NCBI GenBank assembly: GCA_951406725.2
Contig: OX597821.1
Span: forward strand, 51,150,001-51,214,000
DNA: 64,000 nucleotides
Origin: Octopus vulgaris
Lineage: Eukaryota
Direction: 5' to 3'
The position numbers were made by a program, and so were the translations under genes. The notes under the pieces were generated by a model, which saw nothing but the letters and a program-made list of their open reading frames with translations, made no database searches and was not told the DNA's origin. Below, piece after piece: positions 13,021 through 27,707 of this stretch (its first letter is position 1; each line of letters opens with the position of its first letter).

Positions 13021-15094
13021 GTGGTAAGTTCTCAGTAAAATTCAGAGAAAAACGAGAGCAAATTAGGACATGGATGAAACGAAAAAGAAATAAGAGAAAC
13101 AGGATAGAATAAATGAAGTAGAGACAGTGGTTAACACACTTACAGGGAGATGGTATTCGCATAAACAAATAATTATGCTTCTAGGGTAATTGATGTTGTA
13201 TAGCCAATAATCAGATTGTGGGTGTTATCAGGAACTGTACCAGAGTATTCAGTATATATATATATATATATACATAGCAGTACGGATTATTTAATTATAT
13301 AGTAGTTTAGTGTCTGTTACACATCGTCGTATCTAGAATATTGTGAAGTGTATTAACCGCAGCAATTTGTTATGAAATATTACTTTTCAACAGTGATTAA
13401 GACTTCGAATCTCACTTGAAGGAATTAAACGTGTGCAATGCATAACATACCAATATTTACCGTTACAGCGACTTATTTCCCTTGAGGTTACTCAAAATGG
13501 TGTGTCTGAATATCTTTAACTACGGCTGGTTTGAAGAGGGAATATTTAAGAACATTATTACAGGGTAAGAGAAAGGAAATTAATGAGAAATGCTAATGAG
13601 TTGCATTCGTAAAACTGTCCATTAGTGTATTGATGCATGTTATTGTGAGACAGTAGGGATTGATGGCATAATTGACAGTCTAGAATTAAAGAGTGTCTCA
13701 CTGTGTGGGAAATATAGAAGAAAACTTAGGTGTGGACGTTTATGGTGTAAATATATTTGTTTAATGAAGTGGTAATATTTGTAATGCTATTCTGAGATGA
13801 CAGCAGGGATTGGTGACATCAATATTATGTATTCCCTTGATGTATACAATTCATATTATACATCTAAAAGATTCTAAAAATGATATATTGTTTTATCAGT
13901 CTATAAAATTTTTGCTAACTCGAAATGCTGTAAATAGTACTCTTGGGCTTAGAATTTGCTCTACTTCCCCAAAGAGTGAGGCAAAGTATGCAATGGTGAG
14001 TCTAATATTTGGAACAATTTTAGAAGAGGTTCAATTTCAAATCGGTTATTTTATTTTGTTCTCAATGACGTGGCACTACCGGTCGAGTTGGCTTACGTGT
14101 AGCTCTGAGGAGAGACTTGTCGTTTAGCCGTGTGTATGTGAGTCTGTACGTGCGTGTGCGTGTATGTGTGCGTTTATGTGTGTATGTGTGCGTGTAATTT
14201 GTATATGTGCATGTGTATGTGCGTGATCCCGTCACCTAAAAATCTCATGTAAGTACCGATTTCATGATGGTTCATTTGTTCTGTCGACTGATTGAATGAT
14301 TGATTCCTATGATTACATCCAACTGCTTTCTGGATTTAATCATAGAAATTTTAAATTCTATCATCTTATATATTCATACTTGGTAATTACATCCAAATAT
14401 AATCATCAATATTCTGTAAGAAAAAAAAAACATATTCCTGGCAATACTTCCATCAAAATTAAACTCCAGAAGACGAGTTGTATGATGTAATTTCAGTTAT
14501 ATTTATTTGCTTAGATAACAGTAATTTAGTTGTTAATTGGTATTAGTTTATATGAAATATTCGTTTCTTAACATCATCGTCAAACACTTGTGTATGCTTC
14601 TAGATTTTCTTACGAATTTGTTATATTCTATTTCACTTGCTAAAAGCTCAATCAAAGCATTTGAATAAGATTACACAGGAATAGCATTTTATATTCGCTT
14701 AATGAATTTTACATATAATTTGCAATTAATTTACTTTCAAAGATAACTAGATATTTCCAATATTCATGGGCAATTTTCAATTATGAAACAAGAAAAGGAA
14801 TTGAAGGAAAATTATATTTTGTGTAAAATTATTCTTGAGGAAAACTGCACTAAAGACTAGCTTTGAAACATTCTCTTTCCTTTTGAAGTTTATTACAAGA
14901 TTGTTTTTTGTAAAAATTATATAAGAATTAAATGGGCCTTACGAATTTTGGATAATGGAGAATGTCGTGAAGAGAAGAATAATCTGACGTTTTCGAATGT
15001 CTTTTCGTCTGAGAAATAATCAAATTTTATTGTAGCACATTTTATTGTAAATTGAAAAAATAAATTGGTTGATAAAACTCGCTCTTAAATCTTC

Positions 15095-15391
15095 TTTTTA
15101 TTTGTTTTGTCGAAGAAATCAATCTCAGAACATATTTTTAAAGCCTGGTAATTATTCTATCATTCTCTTCATGATCAACCGCTAAGTTACCGGTTGTTAA
15201 GTGGTGGGGTGGAGGAAAATATTAACACACACATATCGGGCTTCTTTCAGTTTCCATCTGTCGAATGCACTCATAAGGCTTTGGTCGGCACGGAGCTATA
15301 GTACAGACACTTATCCAATTTTCCAGGCGTTGAGACAGACCCTGGAACAATGTATCTGGGAAACAAACGTCTTACTACGCGAACTCGCTTG
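15095..15391 (-). mobile_element. SINE family B, degenerate
   Basis: GGGCTTCTTTCAGTTTCC...AAGGCTTTGGTCGGC...GCTATAGTA matches family B in reverse. Confidence 0.7.
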
Positions 15392-15699
15392 AAGTTTATG
15401 AAATAAAAAAAAAAACGAGAAATGAAACAGGTAAGGTATGTAAATCGAATAAAATCAGTTCATTAACTTTTTTCAAAAATGGAGATAACAGATTATAAGG
15501 TGTAGCATGTCTTTAAAGTCAGTTGATGAAGGTGATAGACATCTAACAGTTTTATTAGCTCTTCTCCGCAAAACATTACGTTAGAGAGACTTAGAGTGAA
15601 CAATATATAGAAATAGAGGGGAAAAATATTATTCGGGGTCAGCTTTTATGATTATCAAAATAAGCTCTAGAGAAATTGATCAATGGGAAAACATTTTGC

Positions 15700-16042
15700 A
15701 TAATGCAAATACGATAGAACCTCTGTCCGAATGCAGTGGGATATAAAATACTTTTGTCAACCGAGATCACCCAAGAAATTAGCAGACAAAGTTGCCTCAG
15801 AGAGAGTTAAAAATTATATAAGAATATGAGGTAAATACAATAAGATATGTTAAACGAAACTTTTAGAGAATATTAGCGATAGAAACGGGAGAAGATCAGG
15901 TATATAAGGCCAACTAATGAAAGCAAGAGACAGGTTTCAGTATAATGAGCATTCATCAGCCGATCATATTCTACTCAATGGCCTCATATTTATCTTATGA
16001 TATAATCGTTAAATCTGCTTTGTATACTGGACTGTTTTTCCA

Positions 16043-16111
<69 letters not shown>

Positions 16112-16127
16112 GCTGTCTACCTGTCTG

Positions 16128-16189
<62 letters not shown>

Positions 16190-17170
16190 ACACACGTTCT
16201 CTCTATCTTCTCTCTTTCTTTCTTTCTGTCTATCCTCGTATCAATCTATGTACACACACACACACACAAATATGCGCTCACACCCGCACATACACATATA
16301 TATTACATTCCCACTACCATCATCATTGTCATCATCTCAAACATCACTAAACAAATGCTATCAATACAACACCAATGCCAATCCAACAACTTTTGAATAA
16401 TCAACCAACAATAATAACGATTTTGTGAACATGATAGCAAAACCTGTAGCTACGAATAGCTTATGTCAGCACAACGATTCATGAGGGGTGTGTGGACTTT
16501 TTATGGTTTGGGGCAGAGAAGCAAGAGGGGAAGTTCCCATGTAGCGGATGACCCTTCAGCTAACTGCAGCTGACAGTACCAACTCACTCCTACACCTTTT
16601 CATCTTTTCATTCCCATTCCTACACAGACGGGATTAAAATCAACAGTGTTTTGCTCTCACGAAATAGTCCTTTCCTGATGCTACTTTTTGCGCAATATCT
16701 TTTGTATATAATTAATGATGCAGGCGCTTTTGGATATAGTCTGGAAACAGGCTGTCCAGTGGAACTGAAGGCAGTAATGGGGAAACGAATCATAAAAGGA
16801 TTATACCTGATATTGGAATTGATGTTATAAAATGGCTTGATGCCTCGGAAAAAAAAGTAGTTCTTCACCAAAAGCAATAAAGTTTACACCATCTATATTG
16901 AGAACAATACGTGACAATTATGAGAAGATTAAGTCAAGAAATAAACAAGTTACTCGGTCGAGTGCTTGGATCTTCTTTTCTCATAGATATGAAATAATTA
17001 AAATGGGACCGCTTTTGACTGCATGAATCAAAAATATATGGTCAGACTATATACGTGACTTAAGGTTTCCAAAACCAGAAAGTCTTTGTTAGATTCGGAA
17101 AGATATTGTGACACTTGCATTTGGTACAGGGTTGAAGGAAGTCATAGAGAATGGCATGACTAGGTGGCTA
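15700..17170 (+). pseudogene. Possible highly decayed RTE-like LINE remnant, interrupted by (TATC)n
   Basis: Traces of an RT-like Q.GF...S.DHI motif near 15930-15975 and weak C-terminal-like traces at 17000-17170; many stops and frameshifts; boundaries uncertain. Confidence 0.3.
16023..16189. repeat. (TATC)n microsatellite
   Basis: Directly visible. Confidence 0.95.
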
Positions 17171-17524
17171 GTGTTCCAAAGAGAAACTTTATCCAAGGAG
17201 GAACTGATGTTGATAGAAGAGAAATCCGAGAAACAAATATAACAGTGATTCTAACAATTACACTTTAGTTAAATGCAAAGGTGTTTACTAAAGGGTTTGA
17301 GAATGATCTGTGAGTTTTTGATGATAATAATCTTAATCGCGAATGCAACCCACTTACTTCAGTTACTAAATGACCTATACAAAGACATGATGCACCATAA
17401 ACATCAGGCAATTTCGAATAAGTGATTCGCACATGGAATAGCTGGTGATCATGATGGATCATAAGAATATAGTGTTCTCAGCCACTTCGTAAATGTCGCT
17501 CATAACCACTCCTTAGACAATATT

Positions 17525-18381
17525 CGGTACTTTTTGATTATCTCGCCCCCATTAAAAAATTGGGTTATATATACACCCACGATTTACGAGAAATATCGGT
17601 TCTTTTGGTTATCTCCTTCAACTAAAAGAAAATGTTCTTTCTCTCAATAAAACAAAGCAAAAAAAAATAAATTTTTAATTAATGAACATAGAAAGTGAAA
17701 AGATGAACATCGTTTTGAATCTGATATTTTTATAACAAAGAGGCGGCGAACTAGCAGAAACGTTAGCACGCCGGGCGAAATGCGTAGCCGTATTTCGTCT
17801 GCCGGTACGTTCTGAGTTCAAATTCTGCCGAGGTCGACTTTGCCTTTTATCCTTTCGGGGTCAATTAAATAAGTACCAGTTACACACTGGAGTCGATATC
17901 ATCGAATTAATCCGTTTGTCTATCCTTGTTTGTCCTCTCTGTGTTTAGCCCCTTGTGGGTAGTAAAGAAATAGGTATTTCGTCTGTCTTTATGTTCTGAG
18001 TTCAAATTTCGCCGAGGTCGGCTATGCCTTTCATCCTTTCGGGGTCGATAAATATAGTACCAGCTGCAGACTGGGGTCGATCTAATCGACTGGCTCTCTC
18101 CCACCAAAATTTCGGGCCTTGTGTCTAGAGTAGAAAAGATTTTATTTAACAAATCATGCAAAACTAAAAAACCAAAATTAACATGAAAACTGAAAGAATT
18201 AAACATCTTATTGAATCTGATAATATTTTTATAAAGAATCATACCATGCCTATTGAGGAGGCTAAACGTCAACAATGTATTGAAATACTGAATCAAAAGG
18301 ATCTGTCGCTACATTAACTCGATTTTTTAGTGGGGGGATAACACAATTTTTTAATGGGGGTGAGATGATCCAAAAGTACCC
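17525..18381. mobile_element. Non-autonomous DNA transposon (MITE-like) with ~45-bp TIRs and a nested SINE
   Basis: Left CGGTACTTTTTGATTATCTCGCCCCCATTAAAAAATTGGGTTAT vs reverse complement of right GGGTACTTTTGGATCATCTCACCCCCATTAAAAAATTGTGTTAT; AATATT on both sides (17519-17524, 18382-18387). Confidence 0.8.
17742..18140 (+). mobile_element. SINE family A composite [head-core-tail1][core-tail2]
   Basis: Same organisation as 6494-6890; junction AAAGAAATA|GGTATTTCGTCTG. Confidence 0.92.
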
Positions 18382-18472
18382 AATATTCACCACCTTTGTG
18401 GTAGGTTCATACTCTACTGCGATATTATGATACATATTTATTCATCAACCCATACTCAGTTCGCATGACTAC

Positions 18473-18560
<88 letters not shown>

Positions 18561-18563
<3 letters not shown>

Positions 18564-19462
18564 AAAGAAAGGTCAGGTTTGGCCGAACACCGGTCACGTG
18601 GGGAGAGAAGAGAGAGAGGTAGAAGTAGAAGGACAGAAGAAATAAGGAGGGGCGAGATAAAATGGCAGGGACACAGTGACGTGAAAAGAGGCGGTAAAGT
18701 GAGCATGAAGAGAAAGCAATGAAATGTGAGAGAGGGGAAACGAAAGAACGAAGAGTGAAATGAACGAAGTAAGCGTGAAAGAGCTGATAGAAAGAAGGAA
18801 TGAATACAGTTTTACATAGATACAGTCGTATATAAATAAATATATACTTACATATAAGAGACGAAAGTGTACGGGCACCGCTATATATATATATATATAT
18901 ATATAATGGGACAAGAACACAAAACATCCAGACAGTTAGGTGATACAAGAAAAGGACAACAAAACATCTACATAGACGATACAAAGAAAAAAAGACGGGT
19001 CATTCGGAGTTTTGTTTCCTCAGTCGAGTTCAAGATTATTTTTGCAATTTCCACTGGTTATACTCGAGATTGCTTCAATCTAGCCAGCCCTAAGGAAAAC
19101 TAAGCTAAGTGCATTAGATTCCCCGGAAGAAAGCGGCGAATGTATACGAAAACAAGGACGGAAAAAAATCGGAGAAGGTTACACAAATACAAATAACAGA
19201 ACATAACAACGGATGTCTTTCGACTAAGGGCGTGTCTGGATATAAAGCCTTACGGCAGGGATACAAGATTTCACAGGCACAGGGAATAATATAGGTGTTG
19301 CACAGACAGCTGCCGAACCAAGAAAGAAAGATCAGGCTAGGCCGAACACCGGTCACGTGGGGAGAGAAGAGAGAGAGGTAAAGGCAGAGGGGGCAGAAGA
19401 AATAAGGAGGGGCGAGAGAAGTTCCCAAAAGATGGGGAGGTTTATCCGTGGAAAGAAAAACC
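18561..19462. mobile_element. Unclassified interspersed repeat in two partially overlapping pieces, each bounded by (TA)n
   Basis: ~95-bp direct repeat (GAAAGAAAG..CAGG..GGCCGAACACCGGTCACGTGGGGAGAGAAG...AAGGAGGGGCGAGA) at ~18562-18657 and ~19321-19417; (TA)n at 18510-18560, 18882-18905 and 19463-19488. Confidence 0.55.
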
Positions 19463-20395
19463 TATATATATATATATGTATATATATATTCATATTGTAC
19501 TGAGTATGTTTAGATATTGCTATTTTTGTGTACTGAAGTGATGATGTTGCTTTCTTCATATTTTCATTGGTAGTGGTGGCGGTGGTGGGAACGCCCCTTT
19601 TCTTTTTCTAAACTATCCGTCGGAAAGCATTTCTTAACATGAAACTCAATGGGAAAATTCATTTCATGTAATGGAATTTTTCGTTACAAGATTTTCATGG
19701 TCTAAATAGTATGTGATACATTATATGTTTGTTTGAGTAAGTGTGTGTCCTATATTTTGAGTGTTAAATACATTTTGAACATATACACCAGACGCATGCA
19801 AGAGTACACACGCATACACACACATGCAGGGCTATAGTAATCTACATTATATTTTTATGTATTCATTATAATTTTCTATTTCTCATCATCATACAATTTG
19901 TAATATTCTGTTTATCAAATTATTTCTTGCAATATGAAACCGTGAACATTCAGCTAAATGTCTCTTATAAAAATGGTGATGTTAAAACATCGATTCATAA
20001 TAATTTCGTTTAAGTTCCTCTGGCTTGTTGTTTTCTCTGCAACTCCATGCAAGACGTGTCAAATAAACATTGAACGGTAAAGGTAATTTTGAATACAGAT
20101 ATGGATGTATATTCCTCTAACACAATCCTATGTGTCAAAAATATCATTTATGGAATAGGGATAAATATAGACGTTATGCAGTTTCATAGCAAAACTGGCG
20201 CCTTATCTACACTGAAATATAGATAATTTGTCAGTTTTTCTACAACAGATAGATTCTTTGTAACAAAAGTTCGAGAGAATAGCAAGGAAGAAAAATGATC
20301 AAATTCTCTAAATTGACATAGATATAGAAGATACAGAGAGAGATCTACAGAAAATCATACAAATAAAGAAGAGATAAAGAAACTAAACTTAAGAT

Positions 20396-20452
<57 letters not shown>

Positions 20453-20617
20453 ACATACACGCACATATACATGCATATGTATGTATGTATATACATATAA
20501 GCATCCACATACACACACATATAGATGTATATATATATGTAAGTATGTATATATACATATACATATACATACAAGCATCCACATACACACATATATATAT
20601 GCATATATATATATATG

Positions 20618-20657
<40 letters not shown>

Positions 20658-21339
20658 AGTGTTTGTGTCTGTGCGTAAGTATAGATATTTATTTAGATAC
20701 ATATACAGAGATTAAAGATATATACAAATATTTAGATATAGTTTGCTAGATGAGGTAGATACTAAGTCAAAAAAAGAGAAAGTGGGATAGGAGGAGTGAG
20801 AGAGAGAGAGAAGGGGAAGGAGAAAGGGAGAGAGTGAGGGATCGGTTTAAGAGATATATACAATTTTGTGTATGTCGGATAGAACAACCTAAAGAAATAA
20901 TTTTCAAGGAAAAATAATTTTCAGCGATCGATTCAGGAATGAAAGACAATATTTGAAAACGAAAATATTTATGGATGGGCTGATTACATTCATATAAAAA
21001 CGAATACACATATTTATAGGAATGTATGTGTACACATTTTTAGTGTCGCTTTTTTTCATTTATAGCTATACATAGAAGTAGTCGAACATTAATTTAAGGA
21101 GCAATCAATATATTCAAGTAGAGGGTCAGATTTATTTCGCAACGAAAATTTTGATAGTGACTTCGAACTTTTATGAATGGTTTGCTTCGTCAAACCGTCT
21201 GAGTCCGTCAATTATCCTCTGTTCAAGTTTCTGTTCACCATTTCCTTTTACAAATAATGAGTATGCGTTGGAAGGGTGGCATGTGATTGCGTGTTTGTGC
21301 TTATAGACGTGTTTGCATCCGTTTGCATACATACGGCTG

Positions 21340-21399
21340 CGTACATATATATACATGTGTATATATATATGTATACATGTATATATATATGTATATATG

Positions 21400-21435
<36 letters not shown>

Positions 21436-21459
21436 CATATATATATATGTATATATGTA

Positions 21460-21495
<36 letters not shown>

Positions 21496-21505
21496 TATAT
21501 GTATG

Positions 21506-21537
<32 letters not shown>

Positions 21538-21635
21538 TATATGTATGTATATATGTATGTATGTATATATATATAATACACGTATATATTATATAGTATA
21601 CATATATATATATACACGTATATATATAGTATACG

Positions 21636-21666
<31 letters not shown>

Positions 21667-21720
21667 AATATATATATACATATATATAAACATATATACA
21701 TTATATATATACATACATTA
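21340..21720. repeat. (TA)n/(TATG)n compound microsatellite
   Basis: Directly visible. Confidence 0.95.
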
Positions 21721-23489
21721 TTATATGTATGCGTGAATGTATGTATTATTCTGTGTTAATGTAGTACCAATGTTTTCATGCTGAATTTTAGCAATTATTC
21801 AACTGCAGTCATACTTGTTTTACTGTTTGCAAATGCCAATCTTCCACAAAGAACCATGCGCATTCAGGCAGAGAAATATGATCAAACTTGACCGACAGAC
21901 GCCTGAAGACTACAACACCTTGATATGATTTCTATTATAACTTCTAGTCGTACTAACTCTACGATACAAAAGTTACGATGACAACTAGCAATTGTATACT
22001 TCAATTTACATTCTATTTTACATTTTACCACTTCAGTTACACTGCTGTTAATGTTTTGGAACGTTTTTTATGTCACAAATTCACGTTACTATTACTATAA
22101 TTATATAATCCTTGTAATTCGTGGTGTGAAGTTACATATTATTTTCTCAGCACTGGAAGTGATGCCCACGTTACATTGAATGAATAGTGAAGTCGATGCT
22201 AATTTGTGTAAAATCTCATTTCATTATAATTATATCTGTAATAATAGAAGTAATTTCCTATTCTCATTTAATTCTTGTGGAGAAAAACAAAGGAAATAAT
22301 CCTCGAATTCCTAATTAACTTTCATTAAATCATTAACAAAACATTAAATTAGGGAAATATTCTGGCCACCGGCAGCACAATGACAGCATTAAACTGTTTC
22401 CGACCTCATTAGCCAAGTATAATCCAACTGTTTCTTACAATGACTTGGGCAAGTATGAATATAGCATTTAAATACATTCTGTAAAGCAGGAGGTATTCTC
22501 TCAGCTGACAATAATGTCTGAAAATCATTTGGAGTTATGTTAATTAGGTACTTCATACTCTTGTTCTCAGCATGAATACTGCAGCTGCACATCTATGCCG
22601 CTTCCCTTCTTAAAATATTTGGCATTACACATTTTCAAAAGAACGATAAATTTACCTTCAAAAGTTTAATGTATTTACAGAGAGAAATGCGAGGAAAGAT
22701 ATTTAAAGATAGCAATATTGTTTTCTTCGAGCGAAAATGAGAACAGGGATTTTATTTTGATTAAATTTGTAAAGCAAAAAAGAAATATTTTATTCTGAAT
22801 TAAATTCGTACTGACCTGGTATTTGTATAATTTTTTCTTTTTTATTTTCATTAATGAAATACGATAGAAAGTTCTCATTGTAAGATGTAAGGGAATCTTT
22901 TCTTCAGAGTATTTAATGGACATACAAAAATTGAATCAGCCAAACCATATAGTATTAAACCATCATTGCAGATGAATCCGTAAATAACATTCGCGTGAAA
23001 CTTGTGATATTTTATTTTATTTTATAATATAAATATGATGAATAACATGACGCGTTTTACTCTGCCAAATGATGCTGAAATATGTAATACAAATGCAAGC
23101 AAAATGCTAAATATTAGAACCAGGATAAAAAAACAAATTCACTTAAAAATTTACTCACTTCCCTTTTCCATTAGAATATTTCTGTTGGGGTATTTAAATT
23201 ATAAGATTTTATGCCGTGTGTTGTTGATCAATCTGGGGAGAGAATAAATGTGAAACATAAAAACAAAATAAGCAAATATTTAAATACAAAATAAATTTTC
23301 AATTGGGGATGAAAATCATGTATATATTATTAAATTACTAAAGATGGCCTGCTTTGAATTTTATGTAATAGGCTTTAGAAAGTAAGAAGATGTCGAAGAA
23401 AAATAAGCTGTGATATTATACACATTCCGCGTGATAGTGTTTATTAAGAAACATAGAGTAGAACGATATAAAGCACACGAAGAGAAATC

Positions 23490-24445
23490 AGATATTGGAG
23501 TATCTATTCATTCGTTTTTAAAGCATCTTTGCCAAGCAGAGAGAGTACCGTTGTTGGAGTGTTTATATATACATCTATAAATCAACTACTGTAAAGAGAA
23601 AAGATATAACAAACACAGCATGTATACATTTCTCTACAAACCATTTATGGTGTATAGAAAATAAACAAAGGTTTGAGTGTCTATATATTCTACTTTAAAT
23701 CATCTACGATGAAAAGAAACACAGCAAATATCGGAGTAACATTCTCTTGAGAATAGAGAAAGATAGATGTTGGAATATGTATTTTTCTATAAATCCTCCA
23801 AAGACAAAGAAAGAGTACAAATGTCCAAGTATCAAATTATTCCTCTATAAAGCAACTATCAAAAAGAAAAGAAGTTCATGTGTTGGAATATCTATAGATT
23901 CATTTATAAACCATCTACAGTGAACAGATAGAGATATAGTTCGAAGTTTCTCTAGCTTATTCTAAAAGCACCTTCAGCAAGCAGAGAGTACAGCTGCTAG
24001 AGTTCCTATATATTCCTATATAAAAAATTAAAAAGGCAAACTAAAAGAAGACAGAGACCGAAGTATTTATTTCTGCAAGTCATCTATGCTAAACATAGAG
24101 AGTTACAGGAGTAGTAGTAAGTATATATTCCTCTGTAAACCATCTATAGCAGCGGGTCTCAGACACTTTTTCATATTTGATCCATTTTACTTTAATGGAC
24201 ATAAATAAAATTTCACTGTATATAAAAAAAAAATCCAACTGTATTTCTATAATTAAATGTTATTATTAATTGCAACAAAAATATTATTATGTGTTTTGTA
24301 AATTTTAGTAATAAAATCTTATATGAACACGCGGGGGCTATATGGATCCCCATTAAGAATCACTAATCTAAAGTAAACAAAGTGTAGACGGAGGTCAGAC
24401 TATCTTATATTTCCTCTTAAAATAACTACAGGTTAGAGAGAGTGC
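23490..24445. repeat. Degenerate minisatellite, ~55-60-bp unit
   Basis: Recurring motif ~TTGGAGTATCTATATTC.TCTATAAACCATCTAC...AGAGAG with starts near 23496, 23554, 23672, 23731, 23824, 23884, 23940, 23997. Confidence 0.65.
24150..24365. mobile_element. hAT (Charlie-like) MITE
   Basis: Ends CAGCGGGTCTCA...TTAAGAATCACTA; 8-bp TSD ATCTATAG (24142-24149) / ATCTAAAG (24366-24373). Confidence 0.75.
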
Positions 24446-25571
24446 TGCAGTGCGTGTGTCTAATTATTTCAAGAAAGTTAAGTTAGAGCTGAAAGAGAAC
24501 GTAGTTAGTAAGCCAGTCACGTCAATACAAATGGATTCAGTAATAGATCTTACAGTATCGCGAATTAACTAAACTAATCAACAAGGAAGTCTACATGTGG
24601 TCATACACCACGGAAGAATTTACGACCAAATCCCGTAAAAAGCACACCCTGTTGTCTCAAAAAGACTGGAGATATTGGATAATGAGATTCACTATTCTTG
24701 AAAGAAATAACAAAAACAGCGTATTGGTCAAGGCTGAAATACATTTAATCAGAATCAACATGGTCAGAACTGGTTTAAGATTAAACGATTTGATGGTCCT
24801 CCGCCACCACAGCAAGAACAACAGCAACGAGAAAAACAACGACAACACCACCACCAAAAAAAAAAAAAAGTAGTCGCCGCCATCACAACGCCATCAGCAG
24901 AAGCAGCAGTAGAACCATGGAAACCAAGACATAACACCCCGCTGCATCCCACTACCAACAGTCAAACCAACATCATGTCAAGCTTCCAGTTATATTCCAA
25001 GTTGTTATTGTTGTGTTGTGTTTGAATTGAGCGGGTTTGTTTATTCATAACATTGATATTTTCCTCCTATCTCAGCTAGTAACACGATGCACAATTTCTA
25101 CAAATATTTATGATGTTGAAACCCACTTCAGTAATTACAGATATATTGATGTAATATTTATATTTGGCTTACTAAGTAGGTTTGCTTGCAGCCGTATAAC
25201 GATGGTCTGGTTTGAAATTTAATTTCCTGTATACTCAACTCTGATTCAACCCGTGGTAGCATTATGATTTCTTTTCACACATTCATGTTTTGCTGTTCAT
25301 CTCATTCATATTTCATTAAATCGTAGCACTTTTGGGGGTGTTTTTTATTCTATATTATCGTTCTAATTTTCTTTAAATGTATTACCGCTGTCTGTCTCAC
25401 TCTTTTTAGTATGTAGTATATCTTACAACTTATATGCGAAGTTATTCATAAAAATATCCGATTCTTTTAATTCTGTGGAAGGATCTACACTTCCATTTAA
25501 AGAAATTGATATACGTTAGATATACATATATAAACACTCAAGTTTCTGTGTTGCTGCTGCTGCTACTTCAA

Positions 25572-26179
25572 GGCGGTGAGTTGGCAGAATCGTTAGCACA
25601 CCGGGCGAAATGCTTAGCGGTTTATCGTCTGCCGCTACTTTCTGAGTTCAAATTCCGCCGAGGTCGACTTTGCATTTCATCATTTCGGGGTCGATTAAAT
25701 AAGTACCAGTTACGCACTGGGGTCGATATAAGTGACTTCATCCGTTTGTCAGTCCTTGTTTGTCCTCTCTTTGTTTAGCCACTTGTAGGTAGTAAAGAAA
25801 TAGGTATCTCGTCTACCGCTACTTTCTGTGTTCAAATTCCGCCGAGGTCGACTTTGCCGTTCATCCTTTCGGTGTCGATAAATTAAGTATCAGTTGCGCA
25901 CTAGGGTCGATCTAATCGACTTAATCCCTTTGTCCGGCCTTGTTGGTCCCCTCTATGTTTAGCCCCTTGCGGACAATAAAGAAAAAAGAAACTTTAGCAC
26001 GCTGGGCTTAGCGGTATTTCGTCTGTCAACGTTCTGAGTTCAAATTCCCCCAAGGTCGACTTTGCCTTTCATCCCTTCGGGGTCGATAAATTAAGTACCA
26101 GTTGCATACTAGGGTCGATCTAATCGACTGGCCACCTCCCCCAAATTTCGGGCATTGTACCTAGAATAGAAAATAATAT
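25572..26179 (+). mobile_element. SINE family A trimer (tail1, tail1, tail2)
   Basis: Three cores; junctions at AAAGAAATA|GGTATCTCG (~25800) and AGAAA|CTTTAGCACG (~25990). Confidence 0.92.
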
Positions 26180-26772
26180 GGGTTACTTATTTAATCTAAC
26201 CAGACAGCTGTTTCTGTCTCAAAAGACCATTTTTCGCGTATACAATTGAAGTATTATTACAATACAATAGTATTATTTTCCGGTGATAAGCACCGTAAAG
26301 TTTGAATTATAAACAGGAAATAGTGGCACAGCAAGGCACCAATGTTTGCTGGAAATACAGACGACAACGGCACGACACTATGTAAAGCTTTAGTGAATAT
26401 AGAGAGGCAAAGATGCGTGCAGGCGGCGAACATAAAACATTTTCACTGATCTCGGTTCTGTTTATAGCTAAGCGTATCAACCGAGTATGAAGGCATTGAT
26501 GTAGCGGATATTTAGAATTTTGTCTTAGGTGAACCTAGCTGACTAAATCTAACCAGATTTACGATCACAAACGTAATCTAGAAAGTCCAAAACTCGAGTA
26601 CTAGCTTGTCCATTTCTCCGACGTTCTTGCTAGAAGTAAGACAATTGTATTTATGTTCGCCGCCCGCACACATCTTTGTCTCTATACATTTAGTGAAGCT
26701 TTTAAATAGTGTCGTACGGTTATCGACTACTACTTCCAGCAAATATTGGTATCTTGTTGTGCCACTATTTCC

Positions 26773-26850
<78 letters not shown>

Positions 26851-27001
26851 CGGCGAGCCTTTTCAGTTTCCGTCAACCAAATGCACTCACAAGGCCGAAG
26901 CTATAGTAGAAGACACTTGCCCAAAGTGCCACGCCGTGGGACTGAACCCGAAGCCATGTGGTTGGGAAGCAAGCTTCTTACCACACAGCCGCGCCAGCGT
27001 C
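26851..27001 (-). mobile_element. SINE family B, 5' half
   Basis: CTTTTCAGTTTCCGTC...AGAAGACACTTGCCCAA...GGGACTGAACCC...CCACACAGCC. Confidence 0.85.
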
Positions 27002-27010
27002 TGTCATACT

Positions 27011-27042
<32 letters not shown>

Positions 27043-27673
27043 TACACACGCCCGTACGTTCAACGGATTTCGATCACACTTTTCTACTATGGCGGAAGAA
27101 TGTGTCACATGGCGTGATTGAACACGGAAACATTTGTTTTAAAAGCAAACTTCTTAATCACTTAGGAATGTCTACATCCACCAATTATAGTTGTTACAGC
27201 TTGTTTTTTTTTTGTTCATAAATATTGATTAAATGCTATTAACTGTCTGAAGACTGTGACATTTATTCGAGTTAAAAACTTGCCTACCAATATAATTTGA
27301 GAATGTCCGTCATAAACAGAATATGTTTAAAACATTTTTTGTTCGTATGTACAGTATTTTATGATAGTGTTTTTTTTTATTAATCTAATCGATTAACCTG
27401 CTACAATATCCAATACTGTATATCCCAAATGGATTTTGATAAATCTAATAAGAGAATTTCCTTAATGTGTCTGGTTTGATCTAAAAATAAAATATTGCAG
27501 ATTTAAGATGTAAAACCCCATGCTTAATGAGACGCAAATCACATTTACTAATGATATTAGTCATAGCAAGTACTATTTTTAGACAGAATACAAAAAAGAA
27601 CACCGAACCAGGCAAGAAAATTCCAACCACATATCTGTCTGACTGTCTGTATGTCTGTATGTATGTCTGTATT

Positions 27674-27707
<34 letters not shown>

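Noticed and set aside
18990-19110. Possible degenerate hammerhead on the minus strand (CTGAGGA...CCGAAT)
   Set aside because: Core and stems are incomplete in this copy
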